62,363 nt of DNA, filler included, from 5 parts of 5 records of this genome joined end to end with filler, not necessarily neighbours in it; one strand, 5' to 3'. Counted from the whole stretch's first letter, positions 1-9,789 are shown. Made by a program: numbers and translations. The notes: a model not told the origin generated them from the sequence alone.

Positions 1-958
1 GCATTTTCTCATCAATAGATGGATCTGGCATAAATGTATTTTCTCCACCCTCTTTGTAAGTAAAGCAACCGGGCATACCTGGAAGCTCACCATCACCAGT
101 AGCAATTTCTGGATGAAAGACATCCTTACCACCTTTCCATAATGACATATTATGGTGACAGCCTGAAGCCGAAACGCCCATAAAAGGTTTACTCATAAAG
201 CATGCCAACAAACCAAACTCACGTGCAACTTGTGCACAAATTTGACGATAAGTTGTTAATCGATCCGCATTTCTTATTACATCATCAAACTGAGTATTAA
301 GCTCTAACTGTCCAGGAGCATCTTCATGGTCTCCTTGGATAATATCTAGTCCCATTTGCTCTGAATATTCAATCACTTTCATAAACACAGGACGCAACTC
401 TTCAAACTGATCGATATGGTAACAGTTTGGCTTAGTGACACCGCCGTCTGTACCTCCATTTTCACCACGCTTAAGCCACATCATTTCTGGCTCAGTGCCG
501 CAGCGCATATCTAAACCATATTGGTCTTGAAATTCTTTGTGCTGTCTGTATAAGTTTCCACGACAATCAGACGATAATGCCTCGCCTGGGTTTTCACGCT
601 CTTCACGGTTTCTATAAAGTCTACAGAATACGCGCGCTACTCTTTTATCCCAAGGAAGTTGGCAAAAAGTATCTGGATCTGGAATACCAACAAGCTCTGA
701 TGACTCAGGACCATACCCGATATAGTCTCCGTGTCTATCCACAAACAAGTTAGCAGTTGAACCGTAAACCAACTGGAATCCTTTTTCAGCTAATCTCTCC
801 CAGTGTCTTGCAGGAATACCTTTACCGACAATACGTCCAGTAACAGATACAAATTGATAATATACATATGTGACACCCAACGCTTCGATTTTAGCTTTAA
901 CTTCTTTTACAAGTTTGTCGCGTCCAGGCTCATTAACGTGTTGTTCTAAATCTGTCAT
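1..958 (-). CDS. Glutamine synthetase-family (gamma-glutamyl ligase, GlnT/GmaS-like) protein, 3' end truncated by window edge
   Basis: Not in the ORF track; translated by hand: MTDLEQHVNEPGRDKLVKEVK...YQFVSVTGRIVGK...GTEPEMMW...DHEDAPGQLELN...FMSKPFMGVSASGCHHNMSLW. The ExE, HExxPGQxE and KP..SGxHxxxS motifs are GS-type. GGAGA SD at 965-969. Confidence 0.9.
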   Translation of the reverse strand, partial: MTDLEQHVNEPGRDKLVKEVKAKIEALGVTYVYYQFVSVTGRIVGKGIPARHWERLAEKGFQLVYGSTANLFVDRHGDYIGYGPESSELVGIPDPDTFCQLPWDKRVARVFCRLYRNREERENPGEALSSDCRGNLYRQHKEFQDQYGLDMRCGTEPEMMWLKRGENGGTDGGVTKPNCYHIDQFEELRPVFMKVIEYSEQMGLDIIQGDHEDAPGQLELNTQFDDVIRNADRLTTYRQICAQVAREFGLLACFMSKPFMGVSASGCHHNMSLWKGGKDVFHPEIATGDGELPGMPGCFTYKEGGENTFMPDPSIDEKM

Positions 959-1058
959 TTAATCTCTCCGAAAAAATAAAAAAAATCTTTAAATAAAGAT
1001 TTGCCCCCTAGTAGATTTTATTTAGATTCGTAAAAATAAACCCAAATAAAAACCAGAT

Positions 1059-1143
1059 TAATTTACTGACTATATAGATACTGATAAGTATCTATTTGGG
1101 TAACTCAAATATCCACTCAAAAAATGAGTGTTTCAGTAAATTA
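1059..1143 (-). ncRNA. Candidate structured 5' leader RNA (multi-stem junction) of the GS-like gene
   Basis: Perfect 11-bp closing stem (1133-1143 with 1059-1069) enclosing a 6-bp hairpin (1114-1130) and a 7-bp hairpin (1075-1094); begins at the predicted transcription start. Confidence 0.5.
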
Positions 1144-1150
1144 TGCATGG

Positions 1151-1180
1151 AGTATACTCCTAATGATAATCCATTGTCAA
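1151..1180 (-). promoter_or_regulatory. Sigma70-like promoter for the GS-like gene
   Basis: Minus strand TTGACA (1180-1175), 18-nt spacer, TATACT (1156-1151). Confidence 0.65.
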
Positions 1181-1330
1181 GAAATTTTTTTTATTTTAAA
1201 GAAATTTAATAAAGTGTTGTTTTTCTTCTAAAAATGTTTAAAAAAACATGAAAAAAACTGAATTGAAAGCCTGCTTAAGGAAGTTTATGATGAGCAAAAA
1301 AAATTGCTCATTTGTTTTTAGAAATTATTG

Positions 1331-1981
1331 TTAATCAGAGTTATTGGTGCAAATAATAGTGAGGAATTGGCACTCGTCACTGATTATCTTTTTAGGCCCA
1401 TGAGGTTTATCAGAATCAAAATATAAAGAGTCGCCTTTTTTAAAGTTGTAGATCTTCGTTCCATAATAATAATCCATCTGACCTTTAAGCATATAAATGA
1501 ACTCTACGCCCTTGTGTTGAAATTCAGGAAACTCATAGTCTCTTGAAGTGATCGTAATTAAGCAAGGCTCGACGTTCAGTGAGCCTCCAACGGTGTGACC
1601 TAGTAATTGGTAATGACGACTCTCATCTGAGCCAGCTCTCTCGATCGTCAGGCCGTCACCTGATTTAATAAAGGTGGGCTCAACATCTTTATCATGCTGC
1701 TTAAACAATGAGGTAATTGAAATGTTGAGTGCATGGCAGATGAGTTGGATTGTTTTGAGCGATGCGCTGATTTGGCCATTTTCAATTTTAGAGAGCATAC
1801 TGGCAGACAAAAGCGATTGCTTTGATAGCTGCTGCAATGTGACGCCAGCATTTTTTCTAGCAATACGAACCTGTTTACCTATTGAAGCCTCAAGCTGTTT
1901 ATCACTCCCAAAAGAAGGAAGATTTTTGTCAATGATGGAAACACCTTTCTCTTTAGGCGGCGGGTTTTTTGTAGTAGCCAC
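1331..1981 (-). CDS. XRE-family HTH regulator with C-terminal cupin sensor domain (PuuR-like)
   Basis: IGKQVRIARKNAGVTLQQLS...LSKIENGQ HTH; cupin motif FQHKGVEFIYMLKG...GDSLYFDSDKPHG. Confidence 0.92.
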   Translation of the reverse strand: MATTKNPPPKEKGVSIIDKNLPSFGSDKQLEASIGKQVRIARKNAGVTLQQLSKQSLLSASMLSKIENGQISASLKTIQLICHALNISITSLFKQHDKDVEPTFIKSGDGLTIERAGSDESRHYQLLGHTVGGSLNVEPCLITITSRDYEFPEFQHKGVEFIYMLKGQMDYYYGTKIYNFKKGDSLYFDSDKPHGPKKIISDECQFLTIICTNNSD

Positions 1982-1992
1982 AACAAAATAAT

Positions 1993-2026
1993 TTACTTAG
2001 AATAAAAAAAATTATACTACAAGGAA
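1993..2026. promoter_or_regulatory. Putative tandem operator upstream of the XRE-cupin gene
   Basis: TTAC-TTAGA-ATAA (1993) and ATAC-TACAA-GGAA (2014), 21 bp apart, overlapping a minus-strand TATAAT (2016-2011). The same layout occurs upstream of amt. Confidence 0.5.
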
Positions 2027-2071
2027 AATTATTTAATGAGCCAATTCGAATTTAAAATTTAATATTGGGTC

Positions 2072-3088
2072 TTAAGACCTTGAGCGGCGGCTCCTTCTCA
2101 GCTTCACTGGCTTTGAATCATCACCCTTAAAGATCGATCTTGAGCCCTCAGACATTGCGCCTACCTTCTCTTCGATTTCTTTGAGGGTTGGCGCTGAAGT
2201 GACAACGTGTTCGTCCATTGCTTTCCTCATTGCTCTGACGTGATCAAAAGTAGTCCCACAACAACCACCAATAATGTTGGCGCCTGAATTCATGGCAATC
2301 TTTACATACTCAGACATGAGCTCTTCGGTTCCAGAATAAACGATACTGCCATCGACAAACTCCGGAATGCCGCAGTTTGCTTTAGAGATAACCACTGTCT
2401 CAGGCTCAACACTCTTTGAGATGTCATTGATTGTTGCCAAAAGGTCCGGCGCACCAATACCGCAATTAGCGCCAAAACCCATTAAGTTTAAATCTTTAGA
2501 TCTTTTGGCAAGATTTGAAGGTGTAATTCCCATCATTGTTTTGCCAGCGGTATCAAAACTCATTGTCGCGCAGACAGGGAGCCCAATATCTTTGACCGCA
2601 TCTATTGCTGCCTCTAGCTCCTCCATCGCATACATCGTCTCAAGCCAAAGCACGTCTACTCCGCCTTCAGCCAGGCCCTCTGCTTGAGCTCTAAAAGCAG
2701 CTGTTGCTTCGCTAGGCGTCATCAGTCCATGAGGCTCAATCATTTCTCCGGTTGGTCCCATTGCCCCTGCAACAATGACAAGGCGATCAGCATTATCTGC
2801 AACCTCCCTCGCTACAACTCCAGCAGCTTTATTAAGCTCAAAGACTTGATTCTCAAGATTATGTAACTTCAGTCTAAAGGATGTTCCACCAAAACTGTTT
2901 GTTAAAAACAAATCAGAACCCGCATCAACAAAACTTTGATGCAAGGAGCGGATTCTATCCTTATGCTCCAGGTTCCAAGGCTCAGGAGGATCACCCGTCT
3001 CTAAACCCATTCCAAATAAATTGGTTCCTGTAGCGCCATCAGCCAAAATATGACTTTTGTCTTTAAGTATTTTTAAGAAATTGTTCAT
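2072..3088 (-). CDS. bmt: Betaine--homocysteine S-methyltransferase (stand-alone homocysteine-binding domain)
   Basis: LADGATGTNL, GSDLFLTNSFG, FGANCG and IIGGCCGTT Zn-binding motifs; lacks the other MetH domains. Confidence 0.85.
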   Translation of the reverse strand: MNNFLKILKDKSHILADGATGTNLFGMGLETGDPPEPWNLEHKDRIRSLHQSFVDAGSDLFLTNSFGGTSFRLKLHNLENQVFELNKAAGVVAREVADNADRLVIVAGAMGPTGEMIEPHGLMTPSEATAAFRAQAEGLAEGGVDVLWLETMYAMEELEAAIDAVKDIGLPVCATMSFDTAGKTMMGITPSNLAKRSKDLNLMGFGANCGIGAPDLLATINDISKSVEPETVVISKANCGIPEFVDGSIVYSGTEELMSEYVKIAMNSGANIIGGCCGTTFDHVRAMRKAMDEHVVTSAPTLKEIEEKVGAMSEGSRSIFKGDDSKPVKLRRSRRSRS

Positions 3089-3461
3089 GAAGCCATTAAT
3101 TACTGATGGTAAGGTAAATATAATTTTGAAGTTTACGGATAATTATACTGGGCGCTGAATTATTATTAATTTAATTTATTCAATCTATACTTAATAATAT
3201 TCATAAAATAATATTCTATAAATCACAACCAGAATAAAAAATTACACTACAATTTGTAATGCAAATTTTTAAATAATTATTCGATGAGAGCGCCTAATCT
3301 CTATATAATTTGACTTAAAAAAATAAACTCACAAATTGTGACTATTTTAACTTTACAGCAAGCACAAAATGGCATGCTAATTAACTGCATGATTGGTAAA
3401 TCTTACCTGCACCCAGTATTTATAAATTCAAGCCGCCCTTCCCCCTTAAATTACAGGAATA

Positions 3462-6158
3462 ATGAACAATAATTCTAACTCACATGAAGATGTGATCAGT
3501 CGCTTTATTAATTATGGCGAATCTAATTTTGAATCTAATACTGCTCCAAATAGACCCGCCCAAAGTGCTGCCCAGCTTGGTGTTCTAAGGCTCATCTATG
3601 CCTTTCGATTTTCGGGACACCTAAGGGCCACCTTAGACCCACTCAAGAGACCAAGACATCACTCAACGCCACCATTTACGCTTGAAGAGTTTGGTTTGAG
3701 TGAAGCGGATTTAGATACAACGTTTGATATGGGCTCTTACCAGGGACCCAACTGCAATACACTAAGAGAGCTTTTTGATTCGCTCAACAAAACGTATTGC
3801 TCTAGCCTTGGTGTCGAGTATATGCACATCCCTAATCTTGAGGAGAGGAAGTGGATCCAAACAAAGATTGAAACGATGTCATTGGAGCAAAATGAAACAC
3901 CTGAATATAAAAAATGGCTCCTTCAAAGGATTACCGCGGCCGAAGTTTTTGAGAAGTTTCTTCATAATAAGTATGTTGGTCAAAAACGCTTTTCTCTCGA
4001 AGGGAGTGACACCCTAATTCCCTTGTTAAACATTCTTATTGAGCACTCAGGCGAGTACCTGATGAATAGAATATGCCTTGGCATGGCTCATAGAGGTCGC
4101 TTAAATGTTCTTATTAATATTATGGGGAAGAGGGCTGAAAAACTCTTCAAAGAGTTTGCTGGCGATCTTGGCTTAAGTAAAAAACAGACGGGTGATGTCA
4201 AATATCATCAAGGCTTTTCATCAGATATTAAAACTGATAAAAAGGATGTTCACCTTGCTTTAATGTTTAATCCTTCTCATCTTGAACTAGTTAACCCTGT
4301 CATTGAAGGATACGCCAGGTATCACCAAGATAAAAATAATGAATCAGATAGGCAAAAGATTCTTCCTGTTCTAATCCATGGTGATGCAGCCTTTTCAGGC
4401 CAAGGCATTGTGATGGAGACCTTAAATATGTCTCAATCACGGGGCTACAGAACGATGGGCACTGTTCACATTATTATTAACAATCAGATTGGCTTTACGA
4501 CCTCAAAACAAACGGATGCCAGGTCAACGGATTACTGTACTGACGTTGTAAAAATGATTAATGCGCCAGTCTTTCATGTCAACGCAGAAGACCCTGAAAT
4601 GGTTAGCTTTATAACTAAGCTCGCGCTTGACTATCGCATGCGCTACAAGAAAGATGTGGTCATTGACCTCATGTGCTACAGAAGACATGGTCACAATGAG
4701 GCTGACGAACCAGCTGTCACTCAGCCATTAATGTACGAGGCCATCAGAAAACTTCCGACGACGCGGGCAAACTATGCCAATACCTTAATGAAACAAGGTG
4801 TCATTAATCAATCAGAGGTTGACGCGATGATTGCCGACTATCGACAAGAACTGAAAGACGGCAACAGAGTAGCCTACAACATCCTAGAGCCAAAAAATAA
4901 AAGGGCTTGGGAGTTGCTTTGGGAAGACTACTTTGACTCAACTTGGCATGACCCTTATAAATCTGCAATAAGCAAAAAACATATCAAGGATCTAAACAAA
5001 AAACTGCAGCATGTTCCAGATGGATTCGAAGTTCATCCACGCGTTAAAAAAATGATGTCAGAGAGAAACAAAATGGCTAATGACAAAATTAATGCTGACT
5101 GGGGATTTGCTGAAACGCTTGCTTTTGCCAGTTTAACTGAAGTTGGCGTTCCCATTAGACTCACTGGACAAGACTGCGGCAGAGGAACTTTTTTTCATAG
5201 GAATGCAGTCTTACATAATCAGCTCGCTAATGAAGATTACACCCCACTTATGAACATTAATGAGAATCAGGGCAGAGTTCAAATATTTGACTCAATCCTC
5301 TCTGAAGAGGCAGCACTTGGATTTGAATATGGTTACGCCACTGCAAACCCAGAGTCCCTCGTCATATGGGAAGCTCAGTTTGGAGACTTTGTGAATGGCG
5401 CTCAAGCAATTATTGATCAATTTATAGCCTCGGGAGAAGCTAAATGGGGTCGCCTATCGAACCTAGTTATGCTTCTACCTCATGGTCTTGAAGGTCAAGG
5501 ACCTGAGCACTCCTCAGGAAGACTAGAGCGCTTTCTTCAGCTTTGTGCTAGTCATAATATGCAGGTTTGTGTTCCATCAACGGCCTCACAAATTTTCCAT
5601 CTGCTTAGGCGTCAAATCCTTAGAAAGTTTAGGGCGCCTCTGATTATTATGTCTCCTAAAAGCTTGCTTAGAAACCCTCTTGCAGCTTCTCCTTTATTTA
5701 AGTTTACTGAGGGTAAATTTAGAGATGTTTATGAAGAACAATATGACAACATTAAACCTAAAAAGGTTGACCGAGTCTTAATGTGCAGTGGAAAAGTTTT
5801 TTATGAGTTACTAACGCGTCGTCAAGATGATCAAATAAATAATGTTGCTATTCTTAGACTAGAGCAGCTCTACCCTTTTCCTCACGAAGCGCTTCAATCT
5901 GAGTTAGCTAAATTTACGGGGGCCAAGGATATAGTTTGGTGTCAAGAAGAACCCATCAATCAAGGCGCTTGGTATACCTCAAGACATAACTTTATGGAAA
6001 GCATTAAAAAGGGACAAACTCTTCATGTAGTAGCCCGTGAGCTTTATGCTGCTCCTGCAGAAGGCAGTGTTAGAATGCATAATATTAATCAAAGTAATAT
6101 TATTGAAAAAGGACTAGGCATTCAGCCTATTAATAAAGCTAGGAGCATTAAGAAATGA
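3462..6158 (+). CDS. sucA: 2-oxoglutarate dehydrogenase E1
   Basis: [49 protein letters not shown] motifs. Confidence 0.97.
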   Translation: MNNNSNSHEDVISRFINYGESNFESNTAPNRPAQSAAQLGVLRLIYAFRFSGHLRATLDPLKRPRHHSTPPFTLEEFGLSEADLDTTFDMGSYQGPNCNTLRELFDSLNKTYCSSLGVEYMHIPNLEERKWIQTKIETMSLEQNETPEYKKWLLQRITAAEVFEKFLHNKYVGQKRFSLEGSDTLIPLLNILIEHSGEYLMNRICLGMAHRGRLNVLINIMGKRAEKLFKEFAGDLGLSKKQTGDVKYHQGFSSDIKTDKKDVHLALMFNPSHLELVNPVIEGYARYHQDKNNESDRQKILPVLIHGDAAFSGQGIVMETLNMSQSRGYRTMGTVHIIINNQIGFTTSKQTDARSTDYCTDVVKMINAPVFHVNAEDPEMVSFITKLALDYRMRYKKDVVIDLMCYRRHGHNEADEPAVTQPLMYEAIRKLPTTRANYANTLMKQGVINQSEVDAMIADYRQELKDGNRVAYNILEPKNKRAWELLWEDYFDSTWHDPYKSAISKKHIKDLNKKLQHVPDGFEVHPRVKKMMSERNKMANDKINADWGFAETLAFASLTEVGVPIRLTGQDCGRGTFFHRNAVLHNQLANEDYTPLMNINENQGRVQIFDSILSEEAALGFEYGYATANPESLVIWEAQFGDFVNGAQAIIDQFIASGEAKWGRLSNLVMLLPHGLEGQGPEHSSGRLERFLQLCASHNMQVCVPSTASQIFHLLRRQILRKFRAPLIIMSPKSLLRNPLAASPLFKFTEGKFRDVYEEQYDNIKPKKVDRVLMCSGKVFYELLTRRQDDQINNVAILRLEQLYPFPHEALQSELAKFTGAKDIVWCQEEPINQGAWYTSRHNFMESIKKGQTLHVVARELYAAPAEGSVRMHNINQSNIIEKGLGIQPINKARSIKK

Positions 6159-7279
6159 AAGAAGTAAAAGTACCTGTTTTGCCAGAATCGATTAACGAGG
6201 CAACCGTTGCTGCATGGCATAAAAAACCTGGAGACTCTATAGAGGTTGATGATGTTATCGTCGAAATTGAGACGGATAAAGTCGTTCTTGAAGTTCCTGC
6301 AGAAGAGTCTGGCATCCTCACTGAAATTCTAGCTGAAGAAGGAGAAACCGTTAATGAGCAGCAAGTTCTTGGTCTTTTAGATGATTCGGCAGATGCTACA
6401 AATAATGATATTCCTCAAGAGGAGCAAGTTACCCAAGAAGAGCCTGTAAAAACTACCCAGATAAACCCTGAAGAAGCTCCAAAAGAAGAGGCCAAAAAAG
6501 AGCCAGTTGCTGCGCCTGAAATTCCTAGAGAAGAGCCAGCCACTGCCCCAGTTTCGCAATCGTCTCAACCGAGCAGTAACCGAATGGAGGAGAGAGTCCC
6601 AATGACTCGAATCCGTAAAACGATTGCAAATAGGCTTCATTCAGCGACTCAAAATACTGCCATGCTGACAACCTTTAATGAAGTTGATATGAGTGAAATC
6701 TTGGCAATGAGAGCGAGCTATAAAGAGGCCTTCGAGAAGAAGTACTCTGTGAAATTAGGATTCATGTCTTTCTTTGTGAAAGCAGCCGTCGAGTCACTCA
6801 AAAAATTCCCAACGGTCAATGCCTATTTAGATGGTCACGATATTGTTTATCATGCCTTCTGTGATGTTTCTGTTGCTGTTTCTTCTGATAGAGGTCTAGT
6901 TGTTCCCGTTCTTCGTGATGCCCACAAAATGGGGATGCATGATATTGAGAAAGGGATTATGGATTATGCTGTCAGAGCTCAAGATGGGACGCTTGGGATT
7001 GAAGAGATGAGTGGTGGTACCTTTACGATTTCTAATGGCGGCGTTTTTGGCTCACTACTTTCAACACCTATACTTAATTCACCCCAGAGTGCTATCTTAG
7101 GAATGCATAAGACGCAAGAGCGTCCTATTGCAGTGAACGGTGAAGTGGTCATAAAACCCATGATGTACCTGGCTCTATCTTATGATCATCGCATTATTGA
7201 TGGCAAAGAGGCGGTTCAATTTTTAATCTCCATTAAAGAAGCTTTAGAAGATCCAGCGAGACTATTACTTAAAGTTTAA
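6155..7279 (+). CDS. sucB: Dihydrolipoamide succinyltransferase E2
   Basis: Lipoyl motif IETDKV, catalytic YDHRIIDG; overlaps the sucA stop (ATGA). Confidence 0.97.
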   Translation: MKEVKVPVLPESINEATVAAWHKKPGDSIEVDDVIVEIETDKVVLEVPAEESGILTEILAEEGETVNEQQVLGLLDDSADATNNDIPQEEQVTQEEPVKTTQINPEEAPKEEAKKEPVAAPEIPREEPATAPVSQSSQPSSNRMEERVPMTRIRKTIANRLHSATQNTAMLTTFNEVDMSEILAMRASYKEAFEKKYSVKLGFMSFFVKAAVESLKKFPTVNAYLDGHDIVYHAFCDVSVAVSSDRGLVVPVLRDAHKMGMHDIEKGIMDYAVRAQDGTLGIEEMSGGTFTISNGGVFGSLLSTPILNSPQSAILGMHKTQERPIAVNGEVVIKPMMYLALSYDHRIIDGKEAVQFLISIKEALEDPARLLLKV

Positions 7280-7294
7280 CGGATTCATTCTTAC

Positions 7295-7337
7295 AAAAAA
7301 AAGGGCGGTATTTTCATACCGCCCTTTTCGTTTTTTT
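7295..7337. terminator. Bidirectional rho-independent terminator
   Basis: AAAAGGGCGGTAT-tttc-ATACCGCCCTTTT with A and T tracts on both flanks, between convergent genes. Confidence 0.9.
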
Positions 7338-7351
7338 ACTTTTTACAGATT

Positions 7352-7528
7352 TTACTTATAGTGATCCTGCTCGTCAGTGTTGCCTTTAACTAAGACTCCT
7401 ACCAACATTACCGTAGCAATCACTGTCCACCAGCCAGCGGCTGATGTACCAGCACCGATATACATGCCCATGTCCATCCAACCATCAGCATTATAAAGTT
7501 CTGCAAAAGATTCAGCAAAATATCCCAT
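7352..7528 (-). CDS. 58-aa small membrane protein downstream of amt
   Basis: Hand translation MGYFAESFAELYNADGWMDMGMYIGAGTSAAGWWTVIATVMLVGVLVKGNTDEQDHYK; strong SD AAGGAG; lies between the amt stop and the terminator. Confidence 0.8.
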   Translation of the reverse strand: MGYFAESFAELYNADGWMDMGMYIGAGTSAAGWWTVIATVMLVGVLVKGNTDEQDHYK

Positions 7529-7546
7529 ATTAATTCTCCTTAAAAA

Positions 7547-8950
7547 TTAAGATTCAGATTCAGGGCTCGTCATACCTTGAGGGTATGCCTGTGCAGGTAC
7601 TTTCACTGCATCAAGACCTTTGATTTGAACTGCGTCTGGGATACGTAACATTCCAGCCTTATTCACTATCCAAGACACAACGTATCCTGGAACAAAACCT
7701 AGCAAGAACATGACTACTGCGCCAACAATTTGGCCAAATAGGCTAATTGCAACAGTATCTTCTGGAGCAAAAGCGCCAAGTCCTGGAACTCCAGAACCTA
7801 AGATACCAAGCATTACAACGCCAAATAGTCCAATCGTTCCGTGAACCGTAACACAACCAACAGCATCATCGATACCAAGACCCTCTAGCCAGTCTGCACA
7901 AGGCTTCAGAATAATACCAGCAAGCATAGATACAGCTATGACAGTTGAACCAAAGTAAACATCAAGACCCGAGGCTACTGAAATAATACCTGCTAGACAG
8001 CCAGACATCATCCAGAAAGGATCTCTAGTCATAACCCAAGCACCGATAATACCACCAGCAGCAGCCAGAGGAACGTTAAATGCTAGTGCTGAAAGTGTCA
8101 TTGGAGTACCATAAATGGTAGTCGCTCTGTCACCATACCAACTCCAACCTTCTCCAGGCAGAATGATACAAGCCATTAGGAATCCAAAGAATCCAACAAT
8201 AATCAGCATTAAGCCAGTTACTGTAAGCGGCATGTTATGACCCGCAAGATGATTGGCTGAACCGTCAGCGTTGAATTTTCCTACACGTGGACCTAAGTTC
8301 AATAGAACACCCAGCGCGAAGAATCCAGCGACAGCGTGCACAAGACCAGCAGCACCAAAGTCGTGATATCCAAACTCAGTTACTAACCATCCGTCAGCAT
8401 GCCATCCCCATGCCGCTGCAATACCCCATGCGGCAGTACCTAGCACAACCGCACAGATTACAAAACCTACAGTTTGTATTCTCTCGATTAGTGCACCAGA
8501 TGCGATCGATGCAGTTGTTGCGGCGAATAGAGCAAAAGCACCCCAGAATACACCTGAAGCATTGTCACCCATATTTGGTCCCATGTACTGAGCAGAATCG
8601 CCCCAAGCCCATGAGATAGAGTTTGCATACTCTAGACCCGATATCTCCATATAACCAGCGCCTGCGGCGAGGTCTAACGGCCAAGTTGGCAGGGCCCAGT
8701 AGAACCACCAGCCAAATAGATACCATGCAGCGATAGTAAACGCGAACGCGAGTAAATTTTTAACACCCGATGACAGAACATTCTGCAAGCGTGTAGCACC
8801 CATCTCATAGAGAAGGAAGCCAGCATGAATGAGAACCATCAAAGGAATTGTTATGTAATAGTACGCCTCAGCAAACATCCTGTTTGTGACCTCGGCAGCA
8901 CCTTTTATAGCGGCTACTTCAGCCGTTAAAGCTAATATTTGATCTTCCAA
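7547..8950 (-). CDS. Amt/Mep-family transporter (divergent; possible small-amine transporter)
   Basis: IASGALIER, HDFGAAGLVH, LGPRVGKF, DDAVGCVTVHG motifs; many TM segments; TTG start with SD AAGGAG. Confidence 0.92.
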   Translation of the reverse strand: MEDQILALTAEVAAIKGAAEVTNRMFAEAYYYITIPLMVLIHAGFLLYEMGATRLQNVLSSGVKNLLAFAFTIAAWYLFGWWFYWALPTWPLDLAAGAGYMEISGLEYANSISWAWGDSAQYMGPNMGDNASGVFWGAFALFAATTASIASGALIERIQTVGFVICAVVLGTAAWGIAAAWGWHADGWLVTEFGYHDFGAAGLVHAVAGFFALGVLLNLGPRVGKFNADGSANHLAGHNMPLTVTGLMLIIVGFFGFLMACIILPGEGWSWYGDRATTIYGTPMTLSALAFNVPLAAAGGIIGAWVMTRDPFWMMSGCLAGIISVASGLDVYFGSTVIAVSMLAGIILKPCADWLEGLGIDDAVGCVTVHGTIGLFGVVMLGILGSGVPGLGAFAPEDTVAISLFGQIVGAVVMFLLGFVPGYVVSWIVNKAGMLRIPDAVQIKGLDAVKVPAQAYPQGMTSPESES

Positions 8951-8993
8951 AACATTATCTCCTTTTTTAGTTTAATAAATCTCTCTCCTTTTT

Positions 8994-9027
8994 TTACCTG
9001 CAGGAATTTTTATATCCCTACAAGGAA
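8994..9027. promoter_or_regulatory. Putative tandem operator upstream of amt
   Basis: TTAC-CTGCA-GGAA (8994) and TCCC-TACAA-GGAA (9015), 21 bp apart, just downstream of a minus-strand TATACT (9035-9030). Confidence 0.5.
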
Positions 9028-9199
9028 CGAGTATATAGAAAGTAGCCCGTCAAATCTATAAAAATTATCTTTAAATTGGCTAAAAAATAGAAACTTTCTA
9101 ATGATATATATGAAAGAACAATTAGTTATAAGAATGAAGAAAAATCATTAATTTTTAATACTATATTTCAAATTGAACTATAGCGATAAAGAAGTTTTA

Positions 9200-9772
9200 T
9201 CAACTACCATAGAGGTCAACAATGCTGATGACTTGTTGCTTAAAGCCATCCTCGTAATGCTCTACAAATTCTTCTATGGTTGTGAGAGAACTCGAGTCTG
9301 CCATTCGATCGGTATAGATGAGACCATCGAGATGATCGAGCTCATGCTGAAAGGTTCCAGCGCTGATTCCCTTTGATATAAAACTGACATTATTTCCTTC
9401 ACGGTCATACCCTTCAATCTGAATTTCAGGGCAGCGATCGACCTTGCCTCTCATATTGGGGACTGAAAGGCATCCTTCAAAGACGTTGATTCTGTCTTCA
9501 GTTAGAAAGGTGACTTTTGGATTAATTAATACAGTTAATGGAATGTCTGGCTTGTAAGGATAGCGAGGGTTTTTTTTCACCTCAATCACGCAGATTCTTT
9601 TATGAACAGCGATTTGAGTAGAGGCCAGACCCGCGCCATTAGCATCCCTCATGGTTTCAATAAGGTCATCAATGAGGGCTTGAATTTCATCAGATTGAAT
9701 CTGATCGACATCGACAGGATCAGCAACCTGACGAAGCGCTGGGTTGCCTATTTGTAGAATTGCTCTAATCAT
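9200..9772 (-). CDS. def: Peptide deformylase
   Basis: GAGLASTQ, EGCLS and QHELDHLDG motifs. Confidence 0.93.
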   Translation of the reverse strand: MIRAILQIGNPALRQVADPVDVDQIQSDEIQALIDDLIETMRDANGAGLASTQIAVHKRICVIEVKKNPRYPYKPDIPLTVLINPKVTFLTEDRINVFEGCLSVPNMRGKVDRCPEIQIEGYDREGNNVSFISKGISAGTFQHELDHLDGLIYTDRMADSSSLTTIEEFVEHYEDGFKQQVISIVDLYGS

Positions 9773-9789
9773 TCAAAAGAAGCTCTCAG

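Noticed and set aside
1092-1148. 18-aa leader peptide MHNLLKHSFFEWIFELPK on the minus strand
   Set aside because: Its ATG is only 2 nt from the -10 box, upstream of the predicted TSS, with no SD and no regulatory codon run.
1149-1160. Perfect palindrome GGAGTATACTCC as an operator
   Set aside because: Single occurrence, largely explained by the -10 box; no second copy seen.
3089-3200. SAM or cobalamin riboswitch upstream of bmt
   Set aside because: Short AT-rich leader with no recognisable conserved motif or stable stems.
8932-8955. Out-of-frame ATG mini-ORF (MFWKIKY) overlapping the amt TTG start
   Set aside because: The ATG is only 3 nt from the SD, while the TTG has proper spacing; no other support.
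9200-9772. Deformylase motif-1 variant GAGLASTQ as a sign of inactivity
   Set aside because: Metal ligands (EGCLS, HELDH) and the Gln are intact; the change is minor.
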